A stretch of DNA of 64,000 nucleotides from Candidatus Woesearchaeota archaeon. GTDB taxonomy: Archaea; Nanobdellota; Nanobdellia; Woesearchaeales; SM23-78. Below are positions 45,873 to 54,575 of the stretch, in pieces. The stretch lies in assembly GCA_016932315.1 (NCBI GenBank), contig JAFGDD010000004.1:35457-99456 (forward strand), in the 5' to 3' direction. The notes beneath the pieces were generated by a model that saw nothing but the letters and a program-made list of their open reading frames with translations, ran no database searches and was not told the DNA's origin. Positions within the stretch are counted from its first letter, which is position 1, and each line of letters starts with the position of its first letter. The translations under genes and the position numbers were made by a program.

Positions 45873-47900
45873 TTATTTTGTAATTATATATGCAGGTCGT
45901 GATACTTGACTTAATGAAGTATCATTATAACAGCTCTCGACAAAAGTATTGGTAACCGTGTCATTTTGTCTGACCCAAAAACAATCAGGCATTTTTCTTA
46001 TGCAAGTATTCTTGTCAGTAATGGAAAAGCAATCTCTGTGTGCTTGTGGGTCGCCAGAGTGCGTAATCGCATAAACACAACTCTGGCAGCTTCTTTTCTG
46101 TTCATTACCATTATCAGGATAGCAAGCCCAACCGACATAACTGTCAGGATCACAGAAACTACGGCATTGATTGGCTGCTGTCTTACACCAAGCACCTCTA
46201 CAGTCATGAGCAGGGTTCTCATTTGAACCTAATACTCCTGAAAAATCGCATTTAGAAATATCACAAGGATTATCATTGGCATCAGGTTTGCATTTGCCAT
46301 CGCCACATAAATTACATTGCTCTTTCTCTTTTGCATAATTGCAGCATGCTTCTAAGATGCATTCACCAATACAATTATCCTGGGGGGGATTATTTGTAGA
46401 AGAATCAGTTATGTTAATCCAGAACTGCTGATAATCAAATAGACCGTTATCGTCAAGAGCCAGTATGCCTACTGCATGAGTTCCTGAATCATATTGGTTG
46501 ATGGACGCCCAGAGTTCTGAGTAAGTCAAGCTGGCTTGTACTCGCATATCTGCTTCGCACCATCCTTGCCCTCCAGTAAGAATGGTAGTGCTAGAGCTTA
46601 TCTCTTCTGAAGGAATGATAAAAGTTCCCGAACCTTGGCATTCTGAACGACCAAAATTATAAGATAAAAAATAATAGGTGATTTTAGAGTCATCGGGGTC
46701 GTGAGCATTTAGTGGGATTTCTATTGTTTGAGTGTTTGCAACATCTATCTCCCTCCCTTCCATCCAATCCAGGGCTGGTCGCCTGTCTTTTATTGATATT
46801 CTAAACAACAAAGGCCTGCCATTAACAATTGATTTCCTATCGATTACTTCTAGAATATCATCATATTTGTAAGGCAAACTACAAGAGGTACACGGGTCTT
46901 TGACTCTTTTGACTTCTAACCCTGATTTCCAATATGGCGAACTTACAAATTCCTCTTCAATATCAAATTCTATATTTTTTGAATCCAAGGATAACAAATT
47001 ATAGATGAAGTTGTAAACCCTGCCAAGTCTAATGTTGGTTGTTGTCTGATAATCTGTTACCTTGGTTACTGGCTCCTTGTCAGGATAGGTTATCTTAATT
47101 GGATACTTTATGGCAAGCAGCATGTCTGAATCGTGTATGCTAAGTTCTGCTATTGGCGGCACCTCCGTGCTAAGCGTTGCTCCTGTTTTGTCTGAAAATT
47201 GAGTTAAGTCAACGCAAAGTGGGAGCTTCTTGATAATATAATCTTCTAGTTGCTTTTGTATTGTAAAGCCCACGTTTGCTCCTTTGGCAAATGGCTCGCA
47301 GCCAGAAGCTCTCATAGGGTGGCAGAGCTTGCTCATTACGTTTTCTCCGTAAAACCCATCATATGCAGCGTAGAATGAATTAAAGAGACAATTTTCATTA
47401 TAAATAACGTCAAGCTCAGAAAGAGAGGTGTTTGTGTAAGGATAATCTGGGCTTGCATAATTAATTTCAGAACAAAGGGCATTATCTTTTAATCCGTAAC
47501 TAACAAAATATGGTTTGGTAAGATGGGTGTAGTTAAGATAATCCGATCCAAGTGTTAAGTCCTTGAAAGGAATGTTTCCCCCTTCAAAATCATATATTGT
47601 GCCTCCATTGGCACTAATTTTTTCTAAGCCATCCATGGTTACTCTAAGAGCGCAATCAACAATATGGTTCTTTACTCTGCCTGTTTCGAGTTCGTTTAAT
47701 ATGTTCTGAGCAGTAACTGGCTTTGGCTTTATGCTTTGCCTCATCGCTAACATGATAATTACGAGTATTAATAGAACCAAACCTATTATGACGAAAAGCG
47801 TTATCTGGGATTTCTTTTGATGCTTTAGATAGTTCATCTTATAGCTAAGCTCATATGTATTGTATTTGACTAGTATGTGATTCGCACTAATCTTAGTCAT
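45873..47900 (-). CDS. Large surface protein (675 aa) with pilin-like N-terminus and C-terminal Cys-rich module shared with the 1530-aa protein
   Basis: N-terminal ...KHQKKS|QITLFVIIGLVLLILVIIM resembles the [KR][AS]Q class III signal of the adjacent pilins. The last 167 aa are a Cys-rich domain homologous to an internal segment of the 1530-aa protein. Confidence 0.55.
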   Translation of the reverse strand: MTKISANHILVKYNTYELSYKMNYLKHQKKSQITLFVIIGLVLLILVIIMLAMRQSIKPKPVTAQNILNELETGRVKNHIVDCALRVTMDGLEKISANGGTIYDFEGGNIPFKDLTLGSDYLNYTHLTKPYFVSYGLKDNALCSEINYASPDYPYTNTSLSELDVIYNENCLFNSFYAAYDGFYGENVMSKLCHPMRASGCEPFAKGANVGFTIQKQLEDYIIKKLPLCVDLTQFSDKTGATLSTEVPPIAELSIHDSDMLLAIKYPIKITYPDKEPVTKVTDYQTTTNIRLGRVYNFIYNLLSLDSKNIEFDIEEEFVSSPYWKSGLEVKRVKDPCTSCSLPYKYDDILEVIDRKSIVNGRPLLFRISIKDRRPALDWMEGREIDVANTQTIEIPLNAHDPDDSKITYYFLSYNFGRSECQGSGTFIIPSEEISSSTTILTGGQGWCEADMRVQASLTYSELWASINQYDSGTHAVGILALDDNGLFDYQQFWINITDSSTNNPPQDNCIGECILEACCNYAKEKEQCNLCGDGKCKPDANDNPCDISKCDFSGVLGSNENPAHDCRGAWCKTAANQCRSFCDPDSYVGWACYPDNGNEQKRSCQSCVYAITHSGDPQAHRDCFSITDKNTCIRKMPDCFWVRQNDTVTNTFVESCYNDTSLSQVSRPAYIITK

Positions 47901-47912
47901 ATCGTGTTCTTA

Positions 47913-48776
47913 TTATCTGAAGACAAGACATGCATAACTCACGCTGTTCGCGTAATCGTTAGTTAAGTCACCAGAGGTATAATACTGCTCCAAAGCAGCA
48001 TTTTTGAAGGTAATAGTTTTCAAAAGCAAAGTTATTGGAAGCTGACCACAAATGGTGGCTCCTGTTTTGTAAACATAATCAGCAAATTCATTTGCAGAGC
48101 CTTTTTTTATCAAATCAATGGCATCACTGTCTAGCTTGTAAATCCTCTGCTTGATATCAGTGGAAAAAGGCACGTAGCCATAATTCATGCCATAATGAGT
48201 GAAATCACTGCTCACAATAAAAGTAACCTTTCTTTTAAGCTCTGCAATCGCATCTTTTAAGTCAGATGCAACTTTGTCTAGGTCAATATCTTCGGAAACA
48301 AGAATGGGCAGAATCTTTATGTGGTCTGCTCTTTTTCCGAGTGAAAACTGAAGAAAAGGCAACTGAACCTCAATGCAATGCTCATTGGCGTGTAACTCAT
48401 CATTAATCTTTAAGCTGCCCTTTTTTGCCAAAAGCTTTGCCAACTCCTGGTCTACTCTGACAAAGCCAAAAGGAGTTTCAAAGGATTCTATTGCAATGCC
48501 AGAAGCACCTCCTCTGTGACTTGGGCCCAACATTATAAACACCTCTGGCAAAGGAGCCTCTGCTAATGCAGCAAACCCCCAGGCAGCAGCCATGCCGCTA
48601 TAAATATAACCTGCATGAGGGTTTATTATGGCTTTGATTGGCAGAGCATCTGGCTTGGTCTTGGTAACAGGCAAATCTCCTGGACCTCTAGAATCATTAA
48701 AGCAAGCCTCTATTTGCTTGGTTAAAGCATTAACTGTTTTAGGATAGAATGACCCTGCATATGCTGGCTTTCTCAT
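47913..48776 (-). CDS. Memo-family protein (MEMO1 / AmmeMemoRadiSam system protein B-like)
   Basis: MRKPAYAGSFYP, INPHAGYIYSG and the conserved His/Asp/Cys positions are typical of the Memo/extradiol-dioxygenase-like fold. Size is 287 aa. Confidence 0.8.
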   Translation of the reverse strand: MRKPAYAGSFYPKTVNALTKQIEACFNDSRGPGDLPVTKTKPDALPIKAIINPHAGYIYSGMAAAWGFAALAEAPLPEVFIMLGPSHRGGASGIAIESFETPFGFVRVDQELAKLLAKKGSLKINDELHANEHCIEVQLPFLQFSLGKRADHIKILPILVSEDIDLDKVASDLKDAIAELKRKVTFIVSSDFTHYGMNYGYVPFSTDIKQRIYKLDSDAIDLIKKGSANEFADYVYKTGATICGQLPITLLLKTITFKNAALEQYYTSGDLTNDYANSVSYACLVFR

Positions 48777-48913
48777 AACACCACCTTATTATCTTGTATT
48801 TTTTCATTTTAAATGTTAGGTTTTAAATATTAAAAAAATAAATGACATTTTAAAAAATTCAGGTATTTGCTTAGCTAATTAGCTAATAGTTTAATACAAC
48901 TTTTACTATTTTA

Positions 48914-51900
48914 CTATTCTTCTGGGTTTCTGAGAAGTGTTAGCGTATTCCAAGCGCCTGCTGGCGGATTCTTAAGTGAGACGCTAACAACATTGGCTTG
49001 TGATGATTCGCTAATGTTCAAAAAGCTCAGCTCAGAAACTGAAAATCCTGTGTAGTTGAAAGAGTAGAACCATGCTGGCTGGGCAGAAGCTTTGCAAGCA
49101 TTCTCTCCTACTCCAAATATCTTCTTGTTATTCAGATTGGTTGCATACAGCTTATTAAAGAGCTGAAGCCCCTCTAGATTGCTTTGAAGAGAAGCGGGTT
49201 TTGGGCAAAGCCAGCCCATCCAGCTCAGCCAAGAAGGCAAGCTAGAGCAAACACCATTCCATAATGAAGGAGTTAATTCATTAATTTTTTGATCACTAAA
49301 AACAATCATTTTTGATTTGCTGTCATAATAGAGCTTCAGATAAGCATTATCTACGCACAAAGTAAAGCCGGGCTCGTTCAAACATTCAGGCTTAAAGTTA
49401 AATTTAGCTCCAGGATATGATTGGAGGAAATTTTGCTCAACAGTTGTTATGAAATCAGTGTGATTAGTAGCATTGTAAAACTGCTGATTAATGGTTGTGC
49501 CTATTATTCTTTGACCATTGAGGTTTAAGACACAATAATTATTGGTTTTGCCGGCTGCAAAAGGCAAGTCAATCAGCACATCCTCCTTTGTTCCGCACGT
49601 TAAAGTGAATTTGTCTGTGTTTTTTGTCAGAGAAACGAGTTCCATTGCCAAAAGCTTAGTTCTGCTCGTCCAATTTCCGCTCTGGCAAAGACTGTCTTTA
49701 ATGTATTGGGTGTTATTGATGCATTGCGGGTTGCCATCGACGTTGCCGTTATCAGCGGGATTGCCTGCGATATTATACAAGCATTGCGTGGCATTGGAAC
49801 AGAAGCCAGCATAACAGCCATTAGGCGTCTTCTGACCAGCACCCATTATATTAACCCACATTCCTTGCAAACACTTATAGATTGCGGTCTCATTAACCTT
49901 ATACTGAGCATTATAGGCTAATTGCTCAGCAATACAAGCACCGATCCCGCCGCCAGCAGTCGGATCCCAGCACTGATTAGGCAAGCAACAACTAGCATTT
50001 CTCAAGTTATTATTGCTGGTTACATTCTTGAAATAATCCATCAAAGGCTTCGGGACCTCTGATTTGTGGGATAAGTTCTCATAAGTTTGAGTCCAAGCGC
50101 CACTAACATAAGAGCAATAATAATCCCCCCTAGGGGTGTTTAATATAGTGCAATAATCAGAACGCTCAATCAAAGCTCCTTTTGCAGTTAAACCTCTGCC
50201 TGTTCCGGGGTCTGGCCAATCAGTAACAGCCTTTAGGCATTGCCTGCTCAGACGCTGGCTATAATCGCAGAAATCATTGGCGTGAGTGATAGGAGAGACG
50301 CATTGCCTGCACTCGCTAGGCCTATCTTTATCAGCCTTATAACAGGTAACTCCTACGTATTGGTCTTCTTTACAAACATCGCTACAGAATTCCCTTGCTG
50401 CAGCGCACCATGCATTTTCACAATCCTTATAAGGATTAGCATCGGACGACAATGGCAAGAAGAAATTGCATTTTGAAGCGTCACAACCAGGATTGTCTGG
50501 TTCACAATTATTAATGCATTGAGGCTGGCAACCCCACTTATCTGGTTCACAAGCATAGCTAGAGCAAGCCTCAATAATGCATTCCTTCACACAATTGCTC
50601 ATCTCAGTAGGACCAACAATAGGCTCGTCACGAGGATCTTCCTCGAATGCTGCTCCAGTTATCTCAATTAAGTTATTATTAATATATTCGGGTAATGATG
50701 AGGATTGAGATGAAGAAAAAGTAACAGGATCTAAACCGCAACCATAGAACTTGCCGTTCTGAACATAAACTTCATTATAAGTATAGGCTGTGCCACTGCT
50801 TCCTTTGTAGAGCAAGAAGTTATTGTTAGGCTGGAACTGACCCTTAAAACAGGCACCTGATGTGCTGCCATAATCATTATATGACTCATTACCCCAAGGT
50901 GTAAAATCCTCTTTTTCAGAGCAGCAATAAGTTCCAGTGGCCTTTAAACCGGCTTTGGTACAAGCATTCTGCAAAGTAGGGCCGTCAAGATTAGAACTAA
51001 AAGTCCCATCATCCAAACAATAAAGAGTTTTATTATTCATTACAATATACTGGCCGGGATTAAGTGTTTTAGTCACACTAGAATCCCTGCTTCCAGGAAT
51101 ATCGGTGCATCCCTTAATTCCACAGCAAATGGCAATCTTGGCTCGCGAGGAGTCTAATCCTGGTTTTTTTGTTTGGCTGTAATCAGTATAACATATATAA
51201 TTATGATCACTAACATTGCCCATGATTGAACCATTAGCAATCACGTAGTCTAAAGCGTATAACCCTGCTTGCCAACCATCGTCCTGCTGACCTGGTACGC
51301 AAAGCTGGGCATGAGTTAATCCATCCATCGCGCCATATACATAAATGCCATGAGCATTAGGTGAAGGAGAAATGAGTTTTTTGCCAGGGCAAGGGATAAG
51401 AGCGTCATTCACCACGCTCACATCACGCCCACTTTTGTACTCCTCCCATTCCAGAATTGGCGCCGGGCAAAAAGCACTCGAATCTGTTCCTTTTGTAAAT
51501 TCCATGTTCTTAAAAGACAAGCCTCTGGCTCCTGTACTTATGAGACTTGCAAAACCAAAAGGACTATCGCCAGTACAAACAAGATAACCGCCAAGAGAAG
51601 CAGTATTGAAACGATTACTATCAGTAGTAGCGTGCAAACCACAACCAGGCTCTAAAGCCGCACCCACAACAGAGCCATGAACTCTCACAGAAGCGCCCTG
51701 ATAATAACCAGCAGGGCAAGAGTACTGCCAGCTGCCTGTTGACTTCCAAGTAGTGCTGCCCTCCGAAGCACCACCATAAGCAAGTACTTTTGTAAGAATC
51801 TCAGGATTCCTGTTAGGATCAACTTCAAATAATTTTAAACATCCATCAGTGTCATAATCAACAATGTGGGTAATGTAGTCATCATACTTGTCCTCATCAA

Positions 51901-53506
51901 TGCACTTAACAAATTCGCCGCCCATATTAACTATTGGGAAAGAGTTAAAGCAGCCTGCAGTTTTGAAAACCTCGCCTGATTTAGTCTCATCAGAAGCCAA
52001 GTGCCAGCTTGTTCCATCACAAATCTTAGTGGTATCACAAACAGCTTTGCCATCAGAACGGCATTTATTATTGCCGCAACAACCAACCCCTTCTGTAAAG
52101 GTTCCTCCTGCAGCAGCGCAGGCAATAGGGTTAGTGTCAACAGCATCATAAGAGAAAGCAGGAGTATAACCAGCAGCCTCAATATTGGCCTTGCAACCAG
52201 TAGCAGGATCACAAGTTACATCATAAGGCTGATAATAAGGATTAGTGTTAGAATGCAAGTCCCTATAAGCTTTTGCAGAATCAGCAGCGCCATCATTATT
52301 AATCCCAACACAAACCTTATTCACGCAAAAAGGAGTGTCTGCCTTACAGAATCCTCCTTCTGTTCCAGTAAAGTACTTGTGAGTGCCACCATCAGTAAAT
52401 CCACAGCCACCGCAATTAAAAGGGTCAATGGTCTTATCAACACAAGTATTTCCAAAGGTTACCGTCCCCACGCCCTCAATGGCAACCGCAGAAGTGGTTG
52501 AAACTGTGACTTCTTGATTAGGCAATACATAAGGATAAACAGAGCCATCAGGCATTAAAGGAACAGGGCACCAAGCACAATTGGAAGCAGCTCCTTCTAT
52601 AGTGCAAAGTTCAGGAGTATCACGCAAATTACAAGGAGGCGAGCAAGTATCTGTGTAATTTACACAAAGAGTCACGCCTTTGAAACCATTAATTCCGTCT
52701 TTCAATATTATTGATGAGCTACCAGTATCATAAGTAAATGTTTGTTTAACAAAGCCATCAGGACACTTTAAATCACACATAGGGATGAGTCCCACGAAAG
52801 GGCATGTATCCGATAATAAAGTTACATTATTCACACCTTTATTTCCTGTTTTCGTGCTGCAAAAACGATAACAAATATTGGAATAGCCTATTGATCCTTC
52901 CTCATCCCAACCTGAAACGCCAGAAGGATTACAAGAAGGAGCGTTACAGGTGCCTCCATTAGGATACGGGTTCCAAGTTAATTTTAGGTCCTTCATTTCG
53001 TTCTGATAACCCTTCTTATAACAAATTCGCCATTGATTAACATCATCTGAACTTCCCGCGTCTATCCACCCCTCAGGACAAGAAGTTGTAAACATATGAA
53101 TATCATTAATACAACCAAAAGAAGATGCTGGCGGGGTTTCTGAAGATGGGCAACAGGCATTACAATCTCCATCTGCGACACTAGAGCAAGCTTTTTCTGT
53201 GAATGTTTCGTCTGATTTAGTACAACAAACCATATCTATATTACATACAGGATTACAATTACCCCCTGGATTCCATCCATTTTTAACATCGCAAGCAATT
53301 TGGCATTGTGCTTGCTCATCAGAATAGTAATCACAACACTTTGCACAATCGCCGGAATTATCCAAACAACCGCCACAAACAAAGGAGTTTGTTCCAGAAC
53401 ACGTTCCTAACACTAAATCAATAGATGTTAATAGCAATGCTGATGCAAAAACAAAAAAAAGTAAAGAAAAAAATTTCTTGTTACTATTGAAAATCATGAA
53501 CTCCAC
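48914..53506 (-). CDS. Giant secreted cysteine-rich surface protein (1530 aa)
   Basis: Sec signal (FFSLLFFVFASALLLTSIDLVLG). Well over 100 Cys in irregular spacing and numerous glycosylation sequons. Carries an internal module of about 125 aa homologous to the C-terminus of the 675-aa protein. No TM anchor. Confidence 0.55.
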   Translation of the reverse strand: MEFMIFNSNKKFFSLLFFVFASALLLTSIDLVLGTCSGTNSFVCGGCLDNSGDCAKCCDYYSDEQAQCQIACDVKNGWNPGGNCNPVCNIDMVCCTKSDETFTEKACSSVADGDCNACCPSSETPPASSFGCINDIHMFTTSCPEGWIDAGSSDDVNQWRICYKKGYQNEMKDLKLTWNPYPNGGTCNAPSCNPSGVSGWDEEGSIGYSNICYRFCSTKTGNKGVNNVTLLSDTCPFVGLIPMCDLKCPDGFVKQTFTYDTGSSSIILKDGINGFKGVTLCVNYTDTCSPPCNLRDTPELCTIEGAASNCAWCPVPLMPDGSVYPYVLPNQEVTVSTTSAVAIEGVGTVTFGNTCVDKTIDPFNCGGCGFTDGGTHKYFTGTEGGFCKADTPFCVNKVCVGINNDGAADSAKAYRDLHSNTNPYYQPYDVTCDPATGCKANIEAAGYTPAFSYDAVDTNPIACAAAGGTFTEGVGCCGNNKCRSDGKAVCDTTKICDGTSWHLASDETKSGEVFKTAGCFNSFPIVNMGGEFVKCIDEDKYDDYITHIVDYDTDGCLKLFEVDPNRNPEILTKVLAYGGASEGSTTWKSTGSWQYSCPAGYYQGASVRVHGSVVGAALEPGCGLHATTDSNRFNTASLGGYLVCTGDSPFGFASLISTGARGLSFKNMEFTKGTDSSAFCPAPILEWEEYKSGRDVSVVNDALIPCPGKKLISPSPNAHGIYVYGAMDGLTHAQLCVPGQQDDGWQAGLYALDYVIANGSIMGNVSDHNYICYTDYSQTKKPGLDSSRAKIAICCGIKGCTDIPGSRDSSVTKTLNPGQYIVMNNKTLYCLDDGTFSSNLDGPTLQNACTKAGLKATGTYCCSEKEDFTPWGNESYNDYGSTSGACFKGQFQPNNNFLLYKGSSGTAYTYNEVYVQNGKFYGCGLDPVTFSSSQSSSLPEYINNNLIEITGAAFEEDPRDEPIVGPTEMSNCVKECIIEACSSYACEPDKWGCQPQCINNCEPDNPGCDASKCNFFLPLSSDANPYKDCENAWCAAAREFCSDVCKEDQYVGVTCYKADKDRPSECRQCVSPITHANDFCDYSQRLSRQCLKAVTDWPDPGTGRGLTAKGALIERSDYCTILNTPRGDYYCSYVSGAWTQTYENLSHKSEVPKPLMDYFKNVTSNNNLRNASCCLPNQCWDPTAGGGIGACIAEQLAYNAQYKVNETAIYKCLQGMWVNIMGAGQKTPNGCYAGFCSNATQCLYNIAGNPADNGNVDGNPQCINNTQYIKDSLCQSGNWTSRTKLLAMELVSLTKNTDKFTLTCGTKEDVLIDLPFAAGKTNNYCVLNLNGQRIIGTTINQQFYNATNHTDFITTVEQNFLQSYPGAKFNFKPECLNEPGFTLCVDNAYLKLYYDSKSKMIVFSDQKINELTPSLWNGVCSSLPSWLSWMGWLCPKPASLQSNLEGLQLFNKLYATNLNNKKIFGVGENACKASAQPAWFYSFNYTGFSVSELSFLNISESSQANVVSVSLKNPPAGAWNTLTLLRNPEE

Positions 53507-53589
53507 CCTCTCTTTTAGTTTATTTTATAGCTTCTTGATAGTCACGCTTATTTATATTTTTCTACTTTAAAGAAAATCATAAGAAAATA

Positions 53590-54420
53590 TTATTTAATCA
53601 ATAGATATTTCTTCATTTCATCCTGAATTTCTTCCTCTGAGAATGCTATCAGGGGCATTAATATGAACATATTAATAGGGTGTTGCTTTATGTTGGTGAG
53701 TGTGTCTGAGGTAATGATTGCTTTGCAGTCAAGTTTCTTTGCTATTTCGTCTATTTCAGGAATTTTTTTTATTTTATGAAGAATTAATTTATAAGGGCAA
53801 AATTCTTGTAATAAGGAATAATTTGTGTCTGAAGAAGCCACTAATTCAACTGCGCATCCTCTCCTCATAATCAGGAGCGCTGCTAGGATTGACTTCTCAT
53901 CAGAAACTAACGCTAACACCTTGCCTTCAACGCCCGCGGGCAATCCTCCAAAGCAATTAATGGTTTTTGTGAATAAGAATGCTTCATCATCAATTATTTC
54001 AACACATATATCAAGATCTGGCTTTTCCAAGTCCACTTTCCAGCCTTTCTTCTGCACTATAAATGCTCCTATTTGCTTGTTAAGCTCCAAGGAGGAAGAG
54101 AAGCGTTCTTTGGTTAGTCTTCTGGCACTTATCTTGAAACTGGTGGTTTTCTCGTGGTTTTCAGCTTGTTTTAAGGCTTCTGAACAAATTGCTTTAATCT
54201 CAGCGCTGGTTTTGGTGCAGGGGCTGTAGGAAACATTTCCAAAAACTCTGCGAAAATCAAGCTCATGCTCTGCTTCAACTAATAATCTGCCTGGAAGCTG
54301 TTTTATTCTTGGCTTGAAAGCTGAAAGCTGGCTTCGGATGTTAGTCATGAGCCTTTTCTCAAACTCTGACCTATTCTTGCCTTTCAGTGCAATTTCTGCG
54401 TATCGCACAAGGTAAATCAT
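53590..54420 (-). CDS. ThiI-like THUMP-domain protein with degenerate PP-loop
   Basis: The N-terminus (YLVRYAEIALKGKNRSEFEKRL) matches the ThiI ferredoxin-like/THUMP region. Where ThiI has SGGIDS, this protein has LALVSDEKS. The protein is about 110 aa shorter than ThiI. Confidence 0.5.
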   Translation of the reverse strand: MIYLVRYAEIALKGKNRSEFEKRLMTNIRSQLSAFKPRIKQLPGRLLVEAEHELDFRRVFGNVSYSPCTKTSAEIKAICSEALKQAENHEKTTSFKISARRLTKERFSSSLELNKQIGAFIVQKKGWKVDLEKPDLDICVEIIDDEAFLFTKTINCFGGLPAGVEGKVLALVSDEKSILAALLIMRRGCAVELVASSDTNYSLLQEFCPYKLILHKIKKIPEIDEIAKKLDCKAIITSDTLTNIKQHPINMFILMPLIAFSEEEIQDEMKKYLLIK

Positions 54421-54510
54421 TTTTCAAAGCAAGAAAAAAAATTGTGTTTATTAATTTATTTAAAATTTTTAACAAAAAAAACTAGAGAGCTTCAAAAATT
54501 GAAATAAAGC

Positions 54511-54562
54511 CCGTTATAACGTGTTATAACGCATTATAACGCCCGTTATAACGTGTTATAAT
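54511..54562. repeat. Tandem array (5 copies, 10/10/12/10-bp phasing) of the palindromic octamer GTTATAAC
   Basis: GTTATAAC at 54513, 54523 and 54545. One-mismatch copies ATTATAAC at 54533 and GTTATAAT at 54555. Lies about 90-140 bp upstream of the ThiI-like start and 14 bp past the stop of the wHTH regulator gene. Confidence 0.8.
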
Positions 54563-54575
54563 GTTTAGAATTTTT

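Noticed and set aside
54511-54562. Possible CRISPR array (short regular repeats)
   Set aside because: Units are 8-bp palindromes phased at 10 bp with no unique spacers of 30-40 bp, and there are no cas genes. This is not a CRISPR.
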